Positions 9,373 to 19,527 are shown, counted from the stretch's first letter. The stretch: DNA of 50,315 nucleotides from Pseudobacteriovorax sp. (GCA_050293845.1 JBNKNM010000019.1:1-50315), one strand, 5' to 3'. The notes: generated by a model from the letters alone, not told the origin. Made by a program: numbers and translations.

Positions 9373-12054
9373 TTGATGAAACCTCGTTTTTTAATTGGTG
9401 TCGACCTAGGAACAACAAATTGCGCCCTCAGTTATGTAGATATGGAATCTCCGGATCATACTGTCCAAAGCTTCAAAGTACCTCAGTGGGATGGTATGGG
9501 AGTCATAGAGTCACCGCTGTTGCCATCTTTTATAGCGTTTCTCAGTAAGGCTCAGATCAAACGTCAGGAAAAACGTCTCGATTTCCATGATAGAGCAGAA
9601 ACTGTGTCCACACTTATTGGTCAGGAAGCAAAAAACCTAGGAATTGAATCCCCCGGCCGGGTGATTAGTTCCGCGAAGTCATGGCTTGTTCACAGAGGTA
9701 TCGATGCGGAATCCCCCATTCTTCCCTGGAACTCCGATAGCATTATTGGCAAAAACCGCATATCACCCGTGAATGCCTTGGGCCAGCTGCTTTCTCATCT
9801 GAAGCGCGCATGGCAGCAGAACATCGGAAACCAGTTCGGAGCCTTATTTGCCGACCAATATGTCGTCGTTACGGTTCCCGCATCTTTTGATACCATCGCG
9901 CAACAATTGACCCTTAAAGCGGCAAAACAGTCAGGATTTCCTTCAGAAACTAAGCTTCTTGAGGAACCGTTGGCAGCCTTTTATGCTGCTGCCCATAGCA
10001 ATCCCAGCATCTTAGAACAGAAAGGACGCATTCTTGTTTGCGACATTGGGGGCGGTACCACTGACTTCACTTTGTTGGAAACATGTGTTCAAGAGGGTAA
10101 GTACGTCACCAAAAGAACAAAGGTAGGACCTCACATTCTTCTAGGAGGTGACAATATAGACCTTGCCCTAGCTCATCATTTGGAGCGCCAGTTTTTAGAA
10201 AAAGGCCAACAGTTGCCCTCAGAAGCCTGGGCAAAGTTAGTCGCTTGTGCACGATCTACAAAAGAAAAAGCTTTAGCAGTAGAGACAGAACAGGATATTC
10301 ATATCAGCCTTGATATTGGCAGCGGTCATCTCTTTTCCTCGACTTTAAGCACCCATATTTCGCGTTCCACAGTATTAGAGATTGTCAGTGCCTTTGTTCC
10401 GTACTGTAGTAGCGATGCCTCGGTTCAAGAACCAGAAATAAGTTTCAAAGAGTGGGGATTGCCCTACGCCCATGACTGCGCCATCACTCGACACCTGGCA
10501 CAGTTTCTCTCTACTACCGCTATTGACCACATACTATTTGCTGGGGGAACCGCACGTTCCTCATTTATTCGCCAAAGAATCATAGAGACCATTGAAAGCT
10601 GGCAAGATCAAAAAATTACGATGATTCATCACAAGGATCATCACCTAGCAGTAAGCTTGGGAGCTTGCTGCTATCAGTTAGGGCAACAACAAAAAGGAGT
10701 CCAGGTTGAGGCCAACTATCCCTATAATTTAATTATAGCTGCAGAACAGCACGGTGCCACCATTGGTATCTGCATTTTATCAAAAGGACAAAAATACGGG
10801 GAAGAAGTCACCATTGATCGCCAATTTAAAGGATTGGTTAACCGCCAGGTGCAGTTCAAATTGTATCGTGAAGATAATAACAAGATGACTGTGGGAGATA
10901 TCGTTCCCCTGGATGCTAGCACATCGCTAGTTGGAAATCTTAGCACCAAACTTAATGCTAAGTCGAAAGCAGCTCGCGCCATTGATATTGAAATTTCTTG
11001 TTCCTTACATATTACAGGGATACTTGAACTATCCTGCTCTAGAACAAAAGAGCATGGAGGAGAATCCTGGCCCATTACATTCGACCTCCAGTCCAAGCAG
11101 GAGTCCACTCCCTCCTCTGGATCATTGAACTTGCAGGTCTCTCTTGAGGAATTGTCCCCCACCATCAATAACATCTTCGGCAAAGGTAAAAGGCCGACAA
11201 CATCTTCACCAAAGCTTTTGCCCCAACAACTGGAACAAATCTTAGGAGTTAAGCGCAAGGACTGGAATCTTCAGGAGTTACGGATGATCTGGCAACTGAT
11301 ATCCCCCGGCATGCATCGCCGCTCCCGGTCTGAGGATCATGAAATGGTATGGCTTAATTTAGCCGGTTTCACTTTAAGACCCGGTTTTGGGACTTCAAGA
11401 GATGCTGAATATATAGAGGATATTTGGAATCTATTCGCCAGCGGTCCTGCCTTTCCGAAGAAAGCTTCCAACCAAGTGCAATGGCATATCATGTGGCGAC
11501 GTCTTGCAGGCGGTTTGAACCATTGGCAGCAGGAGCAGGTCTTTGAAAAAATCTGGCCCCTGCTACGAAAAAAAGAGGACATGCAACCGGAAGTATATTT
11601 GCTAGCTGGGTCGCTGGAGAGGTTAGAGGCTAATAAGAAAATCCAGCTCGGACGGCTTATAATTAATGACCTTGTCTATGGTAATAAAACTTTGCTTGAT
11701 AGCAAACTCTGGTGCCTGGCTCGTCTTGCTTGCCGCTGGCCTTTATACGGTGAAATCTCGTGGATATTGCGCCCTGCCATCGTCGAACAATGGGTTGCGC
11801 AACTTTTGCATCTCAATATCCAGCAGGAAAAGCACCTCCGTATGCTAAAAATGTTCTATAGCTGGGCAGGTCGCATCGTTAAGGATCGTGAATTTGATCT
11901 TAGCCAAAACTGCCGTGAGACCATCCTGGAAAAATTATCGCTAATGGGAGCTAGTGAGGAACAATTAACCTCTGTCCGAGAATATATTCCCATGAATCGC
12001 CATGACCAGAATCTACTATTTGGAGAAGAGTTGCCTTTTGGCCTGCAACTGTAA
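9373..12054 (+). CDS. Atypical Hsp70-family protein with C-terminal DUF3731-type domain
   Basis: GVDLGTTNC, TVPASF, DIGGGTTDF motifs; C-terminal WLNLAGFTLRPGFG, WRRLAGGL, FGEELPFGLQL; start TTG 9373 or ATG 9376. Confidence 0.9.
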   Translation: MMKPRFLIGVDLGTTNCALSYVDMESPDHTVQSFKVPQWDGMGVIESPLLPSFIAFLSKAQIKRQEKRLDFHDRAETVSTLIGQEAKNLGIESPGRVISSAKSWLVHRGIDAESPILPWNSDSIIGKNRISPVNALGQLLSHLKRAWQQNIGNQFGALFADQYVVVTVPASFDTIAQQLTLKAAKQSGFPSETKLLEEPLAAFYAAAHSNPSILEQKGRILVCDIGGGTTDFTLLETCVQEGKYVTKRTKVGPHILLGGDNIDLALAHHLERQFLEKGQQLPSEAWAKLVACARSTKEKALAVETEQDIHISLDIGSGHLFSSTLSTHISRSTVLEIVSAFVPYCSSDASVQEPEISFKEWGLPYAHDCAITRHLAQFLSTTAIDHILFAGGTARSSFIRQRIIETIESWQDQKITMIHHKDHHLAVSLGACCYQLGQQQKGVQVEANYPYNLIIAAEQHGATIGICILSKGQKYGEEVTIDRQFKGLVNRQVQFKLYREDNNKMTVGDIVPLDASTSLVGNLSTKLNAKSKAARAIDIEISCSLHITGILELSCSRTKEHGGESWPITFDLQSKQESTPSSGSLNLQVSLEELSPTINNIFGKGKRPTTSSPKLLPQQLEQILGVKRKDWNLQELRMIWQLISPGMHRRSRSEDHEMVWLNLAGFTLRPGFGTSRDAEYIEDIWNLFASGPAFPKKASNQVQWHIMWRRLAGGLNHWQQEQVFEKIWPLLRKKEDMQPEVYLLAGSLERLEANKKIQLGRLIINDLVYGNKTLLDSKLWCLARLACRWPLYGEISWILRPAIVEQWVAQLLHLNIQQEKHLRMLKMFYSWAGRIVKDREFDLSQNCRETILEKLSLMGASEEQLTSVREYIPMNRHDQNLLFGEELPFGLQL

Positions 12055-12098
12055 TCATAATAATCCTGTCTTTTTTCACATTGGTGGATCATAGTAGC

Positions 12099-12605
12099 TC
12101 AGCGATGATATTCAGCCTCTTTGGCCATTTCTATAGCGTGATTAGCTCCTTCATAGTCACCCATTTTAATGCGACATTGGGAGATAAACTCCCACGCCTT
12201 GCGTTTGAGTAGAACTTCTTCCGGTAAGAATAAATCCACCGACCTTAAAGCCCATTGTTCAGCCTGTTGCTCCTGTCCTTTTGCGAAAAGGACTTTCCCC
12301 ATAAGTAAAAGAATTCGCCCATCCTTATAGTCAATCCGATAAGCACGTTCAAGAGAGGATTGGGCGAGTTCAAGCTGACCAGAAGCCAGATCTTCCTTAG
12401 CCTTGTTTAACAACATTGAAACGGCAGGCTTTCTTCTTTTGAAGTGTTTTTGCTGAGCCTCAGGACGGTAAATATCCTCCTTTTTCTGCGTCTTATTTTG
12501 GTCCGGGAATGTTCCGGTGTGTTTGGCCTCATCTTTGCCGTCAGACGGCATATAGGTAACACAGGAACTAAATAAAAGTGAAAATACAACTAATCTGCAT
12601 CGCAT
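12099..12605 (-). CDS. TPR lipoprotein, LpoP-like PBP1B activator candidate
   Basis: Lipobox FSSC, disordered linker, TPR helices (AQSSLERAYRID, AEQWALRS); directly downstream of mrcB. Confidence 0.75.
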   Translation of the reverse strand: MRCRLVVFSLLFSSCVTYMPSDGKDEAKHTGTFPDQNKTQKKEDIYRPEAQQKHFKRRKPAVSMLLNKAKEDLASGQLELAQSSLERAYRIDYKDGRILLLMGKVLFAKGQEQQAEQWALRSVDLFLPEEVLLKRKAWEFISQCRIKMGDYEGANHAIEMAKEAEYHR

Positions 12606-12694
12606 CAGCTATCCCCTAGGAAAAGTTTCTTCCAACATCATGATGTTAAAGCAAAGCATCTGGAACTCACATGCCGAGACTCTTTATTGGCAGA

Positions 12695-14950
12695 CTAATT
12701 CCCAAACAAACTTTTAAACCAATCAAATATCGGTTTTACTGACTTTATGCAAGGTGCTGTTGTTTCAGGTGCCGAACCGGGAACAAAAGGAATTTGGCGT
12801 ACCTGCTGACAAATTTCGAAACTGCGTCCTCCCGTCTTTTCGTCTATCCAAATATATTCCACTCCGGATAGTTGATGATACTCCATGGGTTGCAAAGATA
12901 TTTCTGCCATGAGCTTAGCCCAAACTTGTAAAGAGCCTGAAGACCCTGTTAAAGGAGTCGGCTCATTATCATCGCGCCCCATCCATACCACAGCAATTTT
13001 ATCCCCTGTAAATCCGGCAAACCAACTATCTCTCTTATCGTTAGTTGTTCCCGTTTTACCAGCACTGCGTAAGGTTTTAGGTAACAGACGATAAGCGCTT
13101 TTACCGGTACCTTCGTACATCACAGTCTGCAATGCATACTGTACGATATGAGCCAGCACTGGAGAAATCGATTGCATCATCTTTGGAGAGTAAGCTTGAA
13201 GTATTTTTCCTTTGTAGTCGACAACATAACGTATACTACGCGGTTGCATCCGATAACCATTAGATGCAATGGTTTGAAACATGTTCAATACTTCCAGAGG
13301 TGAAAGCTCAATGCTACCTAACAGCATGGCTGGGTTGGTTGGAATTTCACTGCTAACCCCTAGCTGCACCATAGTATCGCGCACGTTTTTCGATCCGAGC
13401 TCCATACCCAATCTGACAAAAGCTTGATTATAAGAGTATGCTAAAGCCTGATATAATAGTATGCTCCCATGGTCTCTACCATCGTAGTTCTTAGGTTCCC
13501 ACAGAGTTCCATCTTCAAGGGGAATCGATACTTTCTTGTCGTCCACAACGCTGGCTAAGCTGAAATGAAACGGTTCTTTCAGGGCTGTCAGAAGAATCGC
13601 CGGCTTCACCAAGGAGCCGATAGCACGACTGGCATCGAGCGCACGATTAAATCCAGCAAAGCCCGCTTGCTTGCCTGGAACAATGGCCTCGATATCCCCT
13701 CCCGAATTGGCTACGATGACAGCCGCCTCAAGGGATCGGCCTGCTACCCCCCAATTTTCAATATGCTGTTCCACATGATTTTCAGCGGCCCACTGGGATA
13801 CCGGGTCAAAAGCTGTAAAGATTCTCATTCCTTCTTGCTGTAAGTCTTCAGCATCATAATCCCTAGCTAAGTGACGCTTAACCAAATCGAGGTAACCTGG
13901 ATACTTGAGGGTTTGTGACTTTGGTGTTTTAGCGAGAGTGATAGGCTTACTAGTGGCCCGAAGATATTCTTCTTCCGTTATTTTATGGGTCTCAAATATT
14001 TGCTTAAGAATCTTGTTACGCCGTTCCAGGCAACGCTCAGGATAGAGTCGAGGATTATAGTAGGAAGGACCATTAACAATGGCTACCAGAAGAGCGGCAT
14101 CCGCTAAATCTATTTTATTGATAGGTAAACTAAAATAGTATTCAGCTCCTAATCCAAAACCATGAATGGCGCGCGAACCATTCTGACCTATATACACTTC
14201 GTTAAGGTAGGTTTCTAAGATCTCATCTTTTGAATAGTTGAGCTCCAAAAGAAAAGCATATACGGCTTCCAGAACTTTTCGTTTTATAGTTCTTTCAGAG
14301 TCGAGATAAAAATTCTTTACAAGCTGCTGCGTGATGGTACTGGCTCCCTGAACATAGCGCCTCGCTTTGATATTCGTGAAGAGGGCCCGCAAAATACCCT
14401 TAATGGAAACACCGAAGTGCTGATAGAACCCTTGATCCTCAGCAGCAATTAAAGCATCGACCAAGTGCTGCGGTACTTGTTGCAACTTGATCAATTTCCT
14501 ATCTTCGAAATCGTGAGGATAAATCCCCCCGATGAGTAAGGGCTCCAATCTTTCCACATCTGTGGGTTGGTCATTCACAGTAAGTTCCGAAATTAAATGC
14601 CCTTCTATTTTAATATTTATAAGCTTGCTAGCTGATTTCTCATCCCAAAAATCAAATGCACGGCGATAGATAGAAATGGCTTGTTTATCCTCAGCAAATT
14701 CGCCTGGGCGTTCCACATGGCGCTGTCTTTTATAGCCTGCCTCACTGAGTTCGCGGCGTAGATCCGAAAGATCTACTTGTTTACCCACAAACAGTTCCAT
14801 AGGCCTACCATAGACCAAGGAAGGCAGCCGCCATTTACGACCACTGAATTTACTGGTTACGATAAAATTGAGGTAAATCAAACTAGCCAGAACAGCACCC
14901 AGGGCTACAAGGCTTCCAACTAATACAAGTTTTTTCGAGGAAAGTTTCAC
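12695..14950 (-). CDS. mrcB: Penicillin-binding protein 1B (bifunctional transglycosylase/transpeptidase with UB2H domain)
   Basis: EDQGFYQHFG and GASTITQQLVKN GT motifs; SLVK, SYN and KTG TP motifs; N-terminal TM helix; GTG 14950 with GAGG RBS preferred over TTG 14980. Confidence 0.95.
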   Translation of the reverse strand: MKLSSKKLVLVGSLVALGAVLASLIYLNFIVTSKFSGRKWRLPSLVYGRPMELFVGKQVDLSDLRRELSEAGYKRQRHVERPGEFAEDKQAISIYRRAFDFWDEKSASKLINIKIEGHLISELTVNDQPTDVERLEPLLIGGIYPHDFEDRKLIKLQQVPQHLVDALIAAEDQGFYQHFGVSIKGILRALFTNIKARRYVQGASTITQQLVKNFYLDSERTIKRKVLEAVYAFLLELNYSKDEILETYLNEVYIGQNGSRAIHGFGLGAEYYFSLPINKIDLADAALLVAIVNGPSYYNPRLYPERCLERRNKILKQIFETHKITEEEYLRATSKPITLAKTPKSQTLKYPGYLDLVKRHLARDYDAEDLQQEGMRIFTAFDPVSQWAAENHVEQHIENWGVAGRSLEAAVIVANSGGDIEAIVPGKQAGFAGFNRALDASRAIGSLVKPAILLTALKEPFHFSLASVVDDKKVSIPLEDGTLWEPKNYDGRDHGSILLYQALAYSYNQAFVRLGMELGSKNVRDTMVQLGVSSEIPTNPAMLLGSIELSPLEVLNMFQTIASNGYRMQPRSIRYVVDYKGKILQAYSPKMMQSISPVLAHIVQYALQTVMYEGTGKSAYRLLPKTLRSAGKTGTTNDKRDSWFAGFTGDKIAVVWMGRDDNEPTPLTGSSGSLQVWAKLMAEISLQPMEYHQLSGVEYIWIDEKTGGRSFEICQQVRQIPFVPGSAPETTAPCIKSVKPIFDWFKSLFGN

Positions 14951-15174
14951 GAGCGCCTCACTCTTTTTTCTCAGCAGCAATTGTTTTAAATATTTTATTC
15001 CATCTCAGTCCAGTAGTAATTAGCCAGCTGCCCGGCAACTAGGCTGACCATACCGTTTTAGGTAGCCTTATACTGCTGAAGTGTTCGAAAAAATAGTAAG
15101 TCGGCGTGTAGGGATATCCTAGCTTGCTAAATTTACATATCTTTTTTTACAAATTGCTACAGACAAATAAAAAT

Positions 15175-15202
15175 TCAAGAATTTCGTTGTAATAGCCGAT
15201 CT
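15175..15202 (+). promoter_or_regulatory. Candidate sigma28 promoter
   Basis: TCAA-N16-GCCGATCT upstream of 15235. Confidence 0.55.
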
Positions 15203-15234
15203 AATAAGCGGTTGCTACTTACTTAGAGGACACT

Positions 15235-15525
15235 ATGCAAGCTCAATTCTGGTTCCTAATTGTCATAGCTGCATTTCAATTTGGATGCATTTCAGGGGAA
15301 AGTATCGAATATGTTGAAGGAACCTTTGACGAATACTATCGCCTGCACTGGCAACCCTTTGTTAAAGAGAACGAAAAACCCCACAAAGAGAGTAAGTTTC
15401 AGAGGCGTCAAGCTAGCCCTGTTACCTGCACGAAGGATGTTTTAAAGAATCTACCAGAGGAATGCGTAGAGAGGGATCGGCGCGGTCTCAAGCGCCGCCG
15501 CAGAACATCAGCGCAAAGATTTTGA
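15235..15525 (+). CDS. Small hypothetical lipoprotein with basic C-terminus
   Basis: Hydrophobic signal ending FGC; GAGGA RBS; upstream sigma28-like promoter. Confidence 0.55.
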   Translation: MQAQFWFLIVIAAFQFGCISGESIEYVEGTFDEYYRLHWQPFVKENEKPHKESKFQRRQASPVTCTKDVLKNLPEECVERDRRGLKRRRRTSAQRF

Positions 15526-15669
15526 CTTCCCAACCACATTTTCAGATTATCCATTAAAATTATTTTAAAAAAATGCGATTATTATATCCAGTAGACCTTT
15601 GATATGCTCCTATCTGAGTTACTAGGGAATGCGTTAGGTGAAGTGCACATTTCAAGGGAGTGGTCCTCT

Positions 15670-16170
15670 TTGCAACTAAGTTTTGAGTTTAAAGATAAAA
15701 CCAGAATTGCCACCCTTATCGCTGAACGCGTATCTGACGAACTTGAGCACATTCGCAAGTCCGCTGGTGCAGCCCACCATGGCGCCACCCACGATGATGC
15801 CGTAGCTAAAAATAAGTATGACACCCATGGACTTGAATTATCATATCTCGCCGGATCTCAATATGCCCGCGCCCAGCAATTAGCCCAGGAGCTAAGTTCC
15901 TTTAAAAAACAAACACTCGTCCCTTATCAAGATCACAAACCAATCGGACTTATGGATTTAATTACCATTTCTGGACCAAAGGGTACACGACGTCACCTCC
16001 TCCTTTCAAAGTACTGCGCAGGTATTGACATCGAGTATGATGCCAAAAAGATAGTAGTAATCTCCCCAGATTCCCCTTTGGGAGTGGAGTTGATAGACTG
16101 TTGGCGAGGTGATACTATAACCGCTGGGCCAAATGGTTCACAACTATTTGTAATTACAGAAATAATATAG
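15670..16170 (+). CDS. GreA/GreB-family elongation-factor-like protein
   Basis: NKYDTHGLELSYLAGSQ coiled-coil motif and VISPDSPLG C-terminal motif; start probably TTG 15670 (AGGGAG upstream) rather than 15604. Confidence 0.8.
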   Translation: MQLSFEFKDKTRIATLIAERVSDELEHIRKSAGAAHHGATHDDAVAKNKYDTHGLELSYLAGSQYARAQQLAQELSSFKKQTLVPYQDHKPIGLMDLITISGPKGTRRHLLLSKYCAGIDIEYDAKKIVVISPDSPLGVELIDCWRGDTITAGPNGSQLFVITEII

Positions 16171-16209
16171 CATCCGTCAAGAATTTTGTGGTTAAACATC
16201 TAATTTGTC

Positions 16210-16238
16210 TTGTATATCCTTTCATTTCAGGTTAAAAC
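16210..16238 (+). promoter_or_regulatory. Candidate sigma70 promoter of the DEAD-box helicase
   Basis: TTGTAT-N17-TAAAAC, implying a ~130 nt 5' UTR. Confidence 0.4.
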
Positions 16239-16374
16239 CCAGCGCAAACAAAAAGACGCACTCCTTTTATTTGAGTGGTCATTCATGCAGCACTACAAGC
16301 TGTCACAGTAACGAAAAAAGCAGTAGGCTTTCAAATAGGGGGGCTAGCTGCCATTATTAAAAAGAAAGAAATTT

Positions 16375-17904
16375 ATGAATCAAGACCTTGATTTCGCGTC
16401 CCTTGGCCTCAGTTCTGACATCGTCGACAACCTCAACACCATTGGTTTCACAACTCCCACTCCCATTCAAGCTAGCAGCATACCCGAACTCCTTAATGGC
16501 AATCGAGATATTTTGGGATTAGCGCAAACGGGCACGGGAAAAACCGCAAGCTTTGCCTTACCAATCATCGAAAAAATTGATCCTAATTTGCGACAGGTTC
16601 AAGCTCTTATCCTAGCTCCCACTAGGGAACTCGCTAAACAGATCGCTGAAGAAATTAACAGATTGCGCGGTAAAAGACGTATCGATGTCGTTACCATTTA
16701 TGGGGGAGCTTCCTATGAAGGACAAATCAGGCCCATTCGCAATGGCGCTCAGGTGGTCGTTGGTACTCCAGGACGCGTTATAGACTTATTACAAAAGAAC
16801 ATCCTGAAACTAAACCAGATCAAGTTCCTAGTTTTGGACGAAGCCGATGATATGCTTAACATGGGCTTCATTGATGATATCGAAAAAATCTTGAGCTTTG
16901 CCGCTGATGATCGTCGGATGCTGTTATTTTCAGCAACCATGCCTCCTCAATTGTCTCGTATTGTCGATCGCTACATGAGCGACAAACTAGAGATAAATCT
17001 ACGCCCGCAAGAACTCACGACAGACCTCACAGAGCAGATGTATTACGAGGTTTATGAATCCGATAAACTTGAAGTGTTACAGCGTGTTATCAAAGCTAAC
17101 CCTGAATTCTATGGTATCGTTTTTTGTCATACTAAGGTTGAGGCTGATGAGGTCAACCATCAATTGGCCCGGTCTGGCTTTTCTTCAGATGCTCTCCATG
17201 GCGACATCAGTCAAAACCAGCGCGAAAAGATTGTGCAACGATTTAGAAATAAGAAGCTACAAATATTGGTAGCAACGGATGTTGCAGCCAGGGGTGTTGA
17301 TATCAAGTCATTAACCCATGTGGTCAATTATTCATTGCCACTCCACCCAGAGTCATACGTTCATAGAGTGGGAAGAACAGGCCGTGCTGGTGAAAAAGGA
17401 ACAGCCATTAGCCTTGTGACTCCCCAAGACCGCCGCCGATTAAGAACGATTCAAGGTGTAGCGAAGGGTAAACTCGAAAAACAAACTCCTCCTTCGATCC
17501 AAACTATTATTACAGCTCAAAAACAAAAGATTTTTTATGTCTTAGCCCACGCCCTCGATGAGTTGCAACAAAACGATCAAGACAGCAATTATGAGCACTA
17601 TTTCAATCTTTCAAAAAATATCCTTGCCGATGTACCGCCCAGCCAGGCAGTTGCTGCACTTTTGCAGATTTCCTTTGGCTCAAGCCTAGTCGAAAAAGAG
17701 TATAGGCCCATTCAAGTTCCCAAATTTAGCCAACAACGTGATCGTTATCGTCGCGGAGGTGGTGAATATTATCGTCGCTCCCGCTCTGACAGTAGGTCTC
17801 GTAACGATCGTTCAGGTTCTTCTGATAGGCGTAGTCGCCATGGAAGTAACCGCAGAAGGTCAAGCAGCCACGGGAACTCAATAAATAGCGGCAATAGTCG
17901 TTAA
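16375..17904 (+). CDS. DEAD-box ATP-dependent RNA helicase (DeaD/CshA-like)
   Basis: Q motif PTPIQ, AQTGTGKT, PTRELA, TPGR, DEAD, SAT, HRVGRTGRAG; R/S/G-rich tail. Confidence 0.97.
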   Translation: MNQDLDFASLGLSSDIVDNLNTIGFTTPTPIQASSIPELLNGNRDILGLAQTGTGKTASFALPIIEKIDPNLRQVQALILAPTRELAKQIAEEINRLRGKRRIDVVTIYGGASYEGQIRPIRNGAQVVVGTPGRVIDLLQKNILKLNQIKFLVLDEADDMLNMGFIDDIEKILSFAADDRRMLLFSATMPPQLSRIVDRYMSDKLEINLRPQELTTDLTEQMYYEVYESDKLEVLQRVIKANPEFYGIVFCHTKVEADEVNHQLARSGFSSDALHGDISQNQREKIVQRFRNKKLQILVATDVAARGVDIKSLTHVVNYSLPLHPESYVHRVGRTGRAGEKGTAISLVTPQDRRRLRTIQGVAKGKLEKQTPPSIQTIITAQKQKIFYVLAHALDELQQNDQDSNYEHYFNLSKNILADVPPSQAVAALLQISFGSSLVEKEYRPIQVPKFSQQRDRYRRGGGEYYRRSRSDSRSRNDRSGSSDRRSRHGSNRRRSSSHGNSINSGNSR

Positions 17905-17939
17905 AGAATATCCGGGATCTCGGAAATATAAGCTATGTA

Positions 17940-17974
17940 ATAGGGAAAGAGCAGAGAACTCTTTCCCTATTTTT
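17940..17974. terminator. Intrinsic terminator between convergent helicase and OmpA genes
   Basis: Perfect 12 bp stem ATAGGGAAAGAG/CTCTTTCCCTAT, 7 nt loop, T-run on the plus strand. Confidence 0.75.
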
Positions 17975-19304
17975 GATAGTAAACTTTAAAACGGACCCTG
18001 CGGTTACGGCGCCTGTCAGAGTCTGACTTGTTCGTTTCGAATGGACGTTGTTCGCCAAAGCCAACAGGTATCACCTTCTCCCTGGGAAAGCCAAATCTAT
18101 CAACAATCCATGCCACAACCGAATCGGCTCGTCTTTCACTAAGATCCATATTGTAAATCTCAGTACCGATGGCGCAAGCATGTCCCTCAATGACCAGTTT
18201 TTCTATGGTTCGACTTTTTAGAACTCTATCGAGCCTCCTGAGTTTAATGCGCTCAATACTGCTTCGCACTCTATCGGAGTTGAAGTCGAACAATACATCT
18301 TCCAGTACTACAATTTCATCAGGTGCAAGCCTGGCCGATAGAACCTTTACCTTTTTAATATGAGGAATTAGTTTTTTTCTAGCAGGAAAAGGGTCGAACG
18401 ACCAAGCCATCCCTAGAAAATATCTTTGGTCTGCCGATGAAATAGCATGTCTCATCTCTGACCCCGCCCCCACTTGAAAAAAAAGTGACTTATTTGGCTC
18501 ATACCTAAGAGCTGCTACTCCTTCAGCTACGGAGGCATTACGAGGAGAAATGGAACTAAAATCTTTATTGGTATAGGAACCATAACTTTCTAATATAAAC
18601 CGCAGGTATGTACTTGGAATCTTTAGTCCCCATCCTGCAGAAAAAAGCCATTGATCCTGAAAAGGCTCAATGGGAGTATCATTATCAAAAGCAATGGAAG
18701 AGCCAGAATTGCGCCAACGATGGCCTATATTTATGGCTGTGGAAATCAATCCAAAATCGATTTCACCTACCAACTCTAAACTATAGGCTGGCCATTTTTC
18801 ATCACCGGTATAAGGATTATTGACAACTCTGTTATAATTAGCAGTGGCTACAACGGATAAACCCCAGAAATCTAGAGGAATAGGCATCCACTTGATACCG
18901 GCTCTGATTTCCGTATTCCCCATCTTATTGAATTGTCCATGATACACGGAATTATTCCGCACCTCCTGATGAACGATATGAGGAATGGCTATATTGATAT
19001 CCAAATTTGGAGTGATCCCTAGAGCCACATTAAAATCCATTCCTGATAGACTGTCATTATACTCCTTATACGTATCAGGATTATCTTCAAGATTATTATT
19101 AAAATAGGGAAGAGTGTTGACAGCATAATTTAGGTGCAACCCCAAGCTTAACTGCCCCTTACCCAGTGGTTTTGCACCATGTACAGTAATATAATCGTTA
19201 ACACTATAAGCAGGATTAAAATTTTGATGATCAGAACCTATAATATTTCCGAAAGCCGGTATCGAGAAAAGTAGGCCGGTAAATATAATCAACCTGAAAT
19301 GCAT
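17967..19304 (-). CDS. OmpA-family protein (N-terminal beta-barrel, C-terminal peptidoglycan-binding domain)
   Basis: Signal peptide; VLFDFNSD, IEGHAC, YNMDLSERRADSV, GFGEQRP, NRRVRF motifs. Confidence 0.9.
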   Translation of the reverse strand: MHFRLIIFTGLLFSIPAFGNIIGSDHQNFNPAYSVNDYITVHGAKPLGKGQLSLGLHLNYAVNTLPYFNNNLEDNPDTYKEYNDSLSGMDFNVALGITPNLDINIAIPHIVHQEVRNNSVYHGQFNKMGNTEIRAGIKWMPIPLDFWGLSVVATANYNRVVNNPYTGDEKWPAYSLELVGEIDFGLISTAINIGHRWRNSGSSIAFDNDTPIEPFQDQWLFSAGWGLKIPSTYLRFILESYGSYTNKDFSSISPRNASVAEGVAALRYEPNKSLFFQVGAGSEMRHAISSADQRYFLGMAWSFDPFPARKKLIPHIKKVKVLSARLAPDEIVVLEDVLFDFNSDRVRSSIERIKLRRLDRVLKSRTIEKLVIEGHACAIGTEIYNMDLSERRADSVVAWIVDRFGFPREKVIPVGFGEQRPFETNKSDSDRRRNRRVRFKVYYQK

Positions 19305-19352
19305 AAAGAACTCCGCTCAGCATAAACGACAAAGATCAACAACACCCATTTT

Positions 19353-19368
19353 TGCAAAAGACTTACCA
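19353..19368 (-). promoter_or_regulatory. Sigma54 promoter of the OmpA-family gene
   Basis: Minus strand TGGTAAGTCTTTTGCA (GG-N10-GC, consensus TTGCA), ~49 nt before the ATG. Confidence 0.6.
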
Positions 19369-19501
19369 AAACATTTGCTTTTTAAATCATACTCTTAGTC
19401 TATGTGTAGTGGCTGGTATGTTTAGGAGTGTCTAGGTCATTGACACTTATTAGCGGAGGTTTTGCTACAAACGTGATGTAACTATAGGAAGGGAGCATCA
19501 G

Positions 19502-19527
19502 AAAAGGGAGACCTTATATGGCCTCCC
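19502..19527 (-). terminator. Intrinsic terminator of the peptidase gene
   Basis: Minus strand GGGAGGCC-ATATAA-GGTCTCCC-TTTT, 10 nt after the stop. Confidence 0.75.

Noticed and set aside
16242..16262. GCAAAC...GACGCA resembling a c-di-GMP-I riboswitch
   Set aside because: The intervening GAAA-capped stem and the downstream stem are missing.
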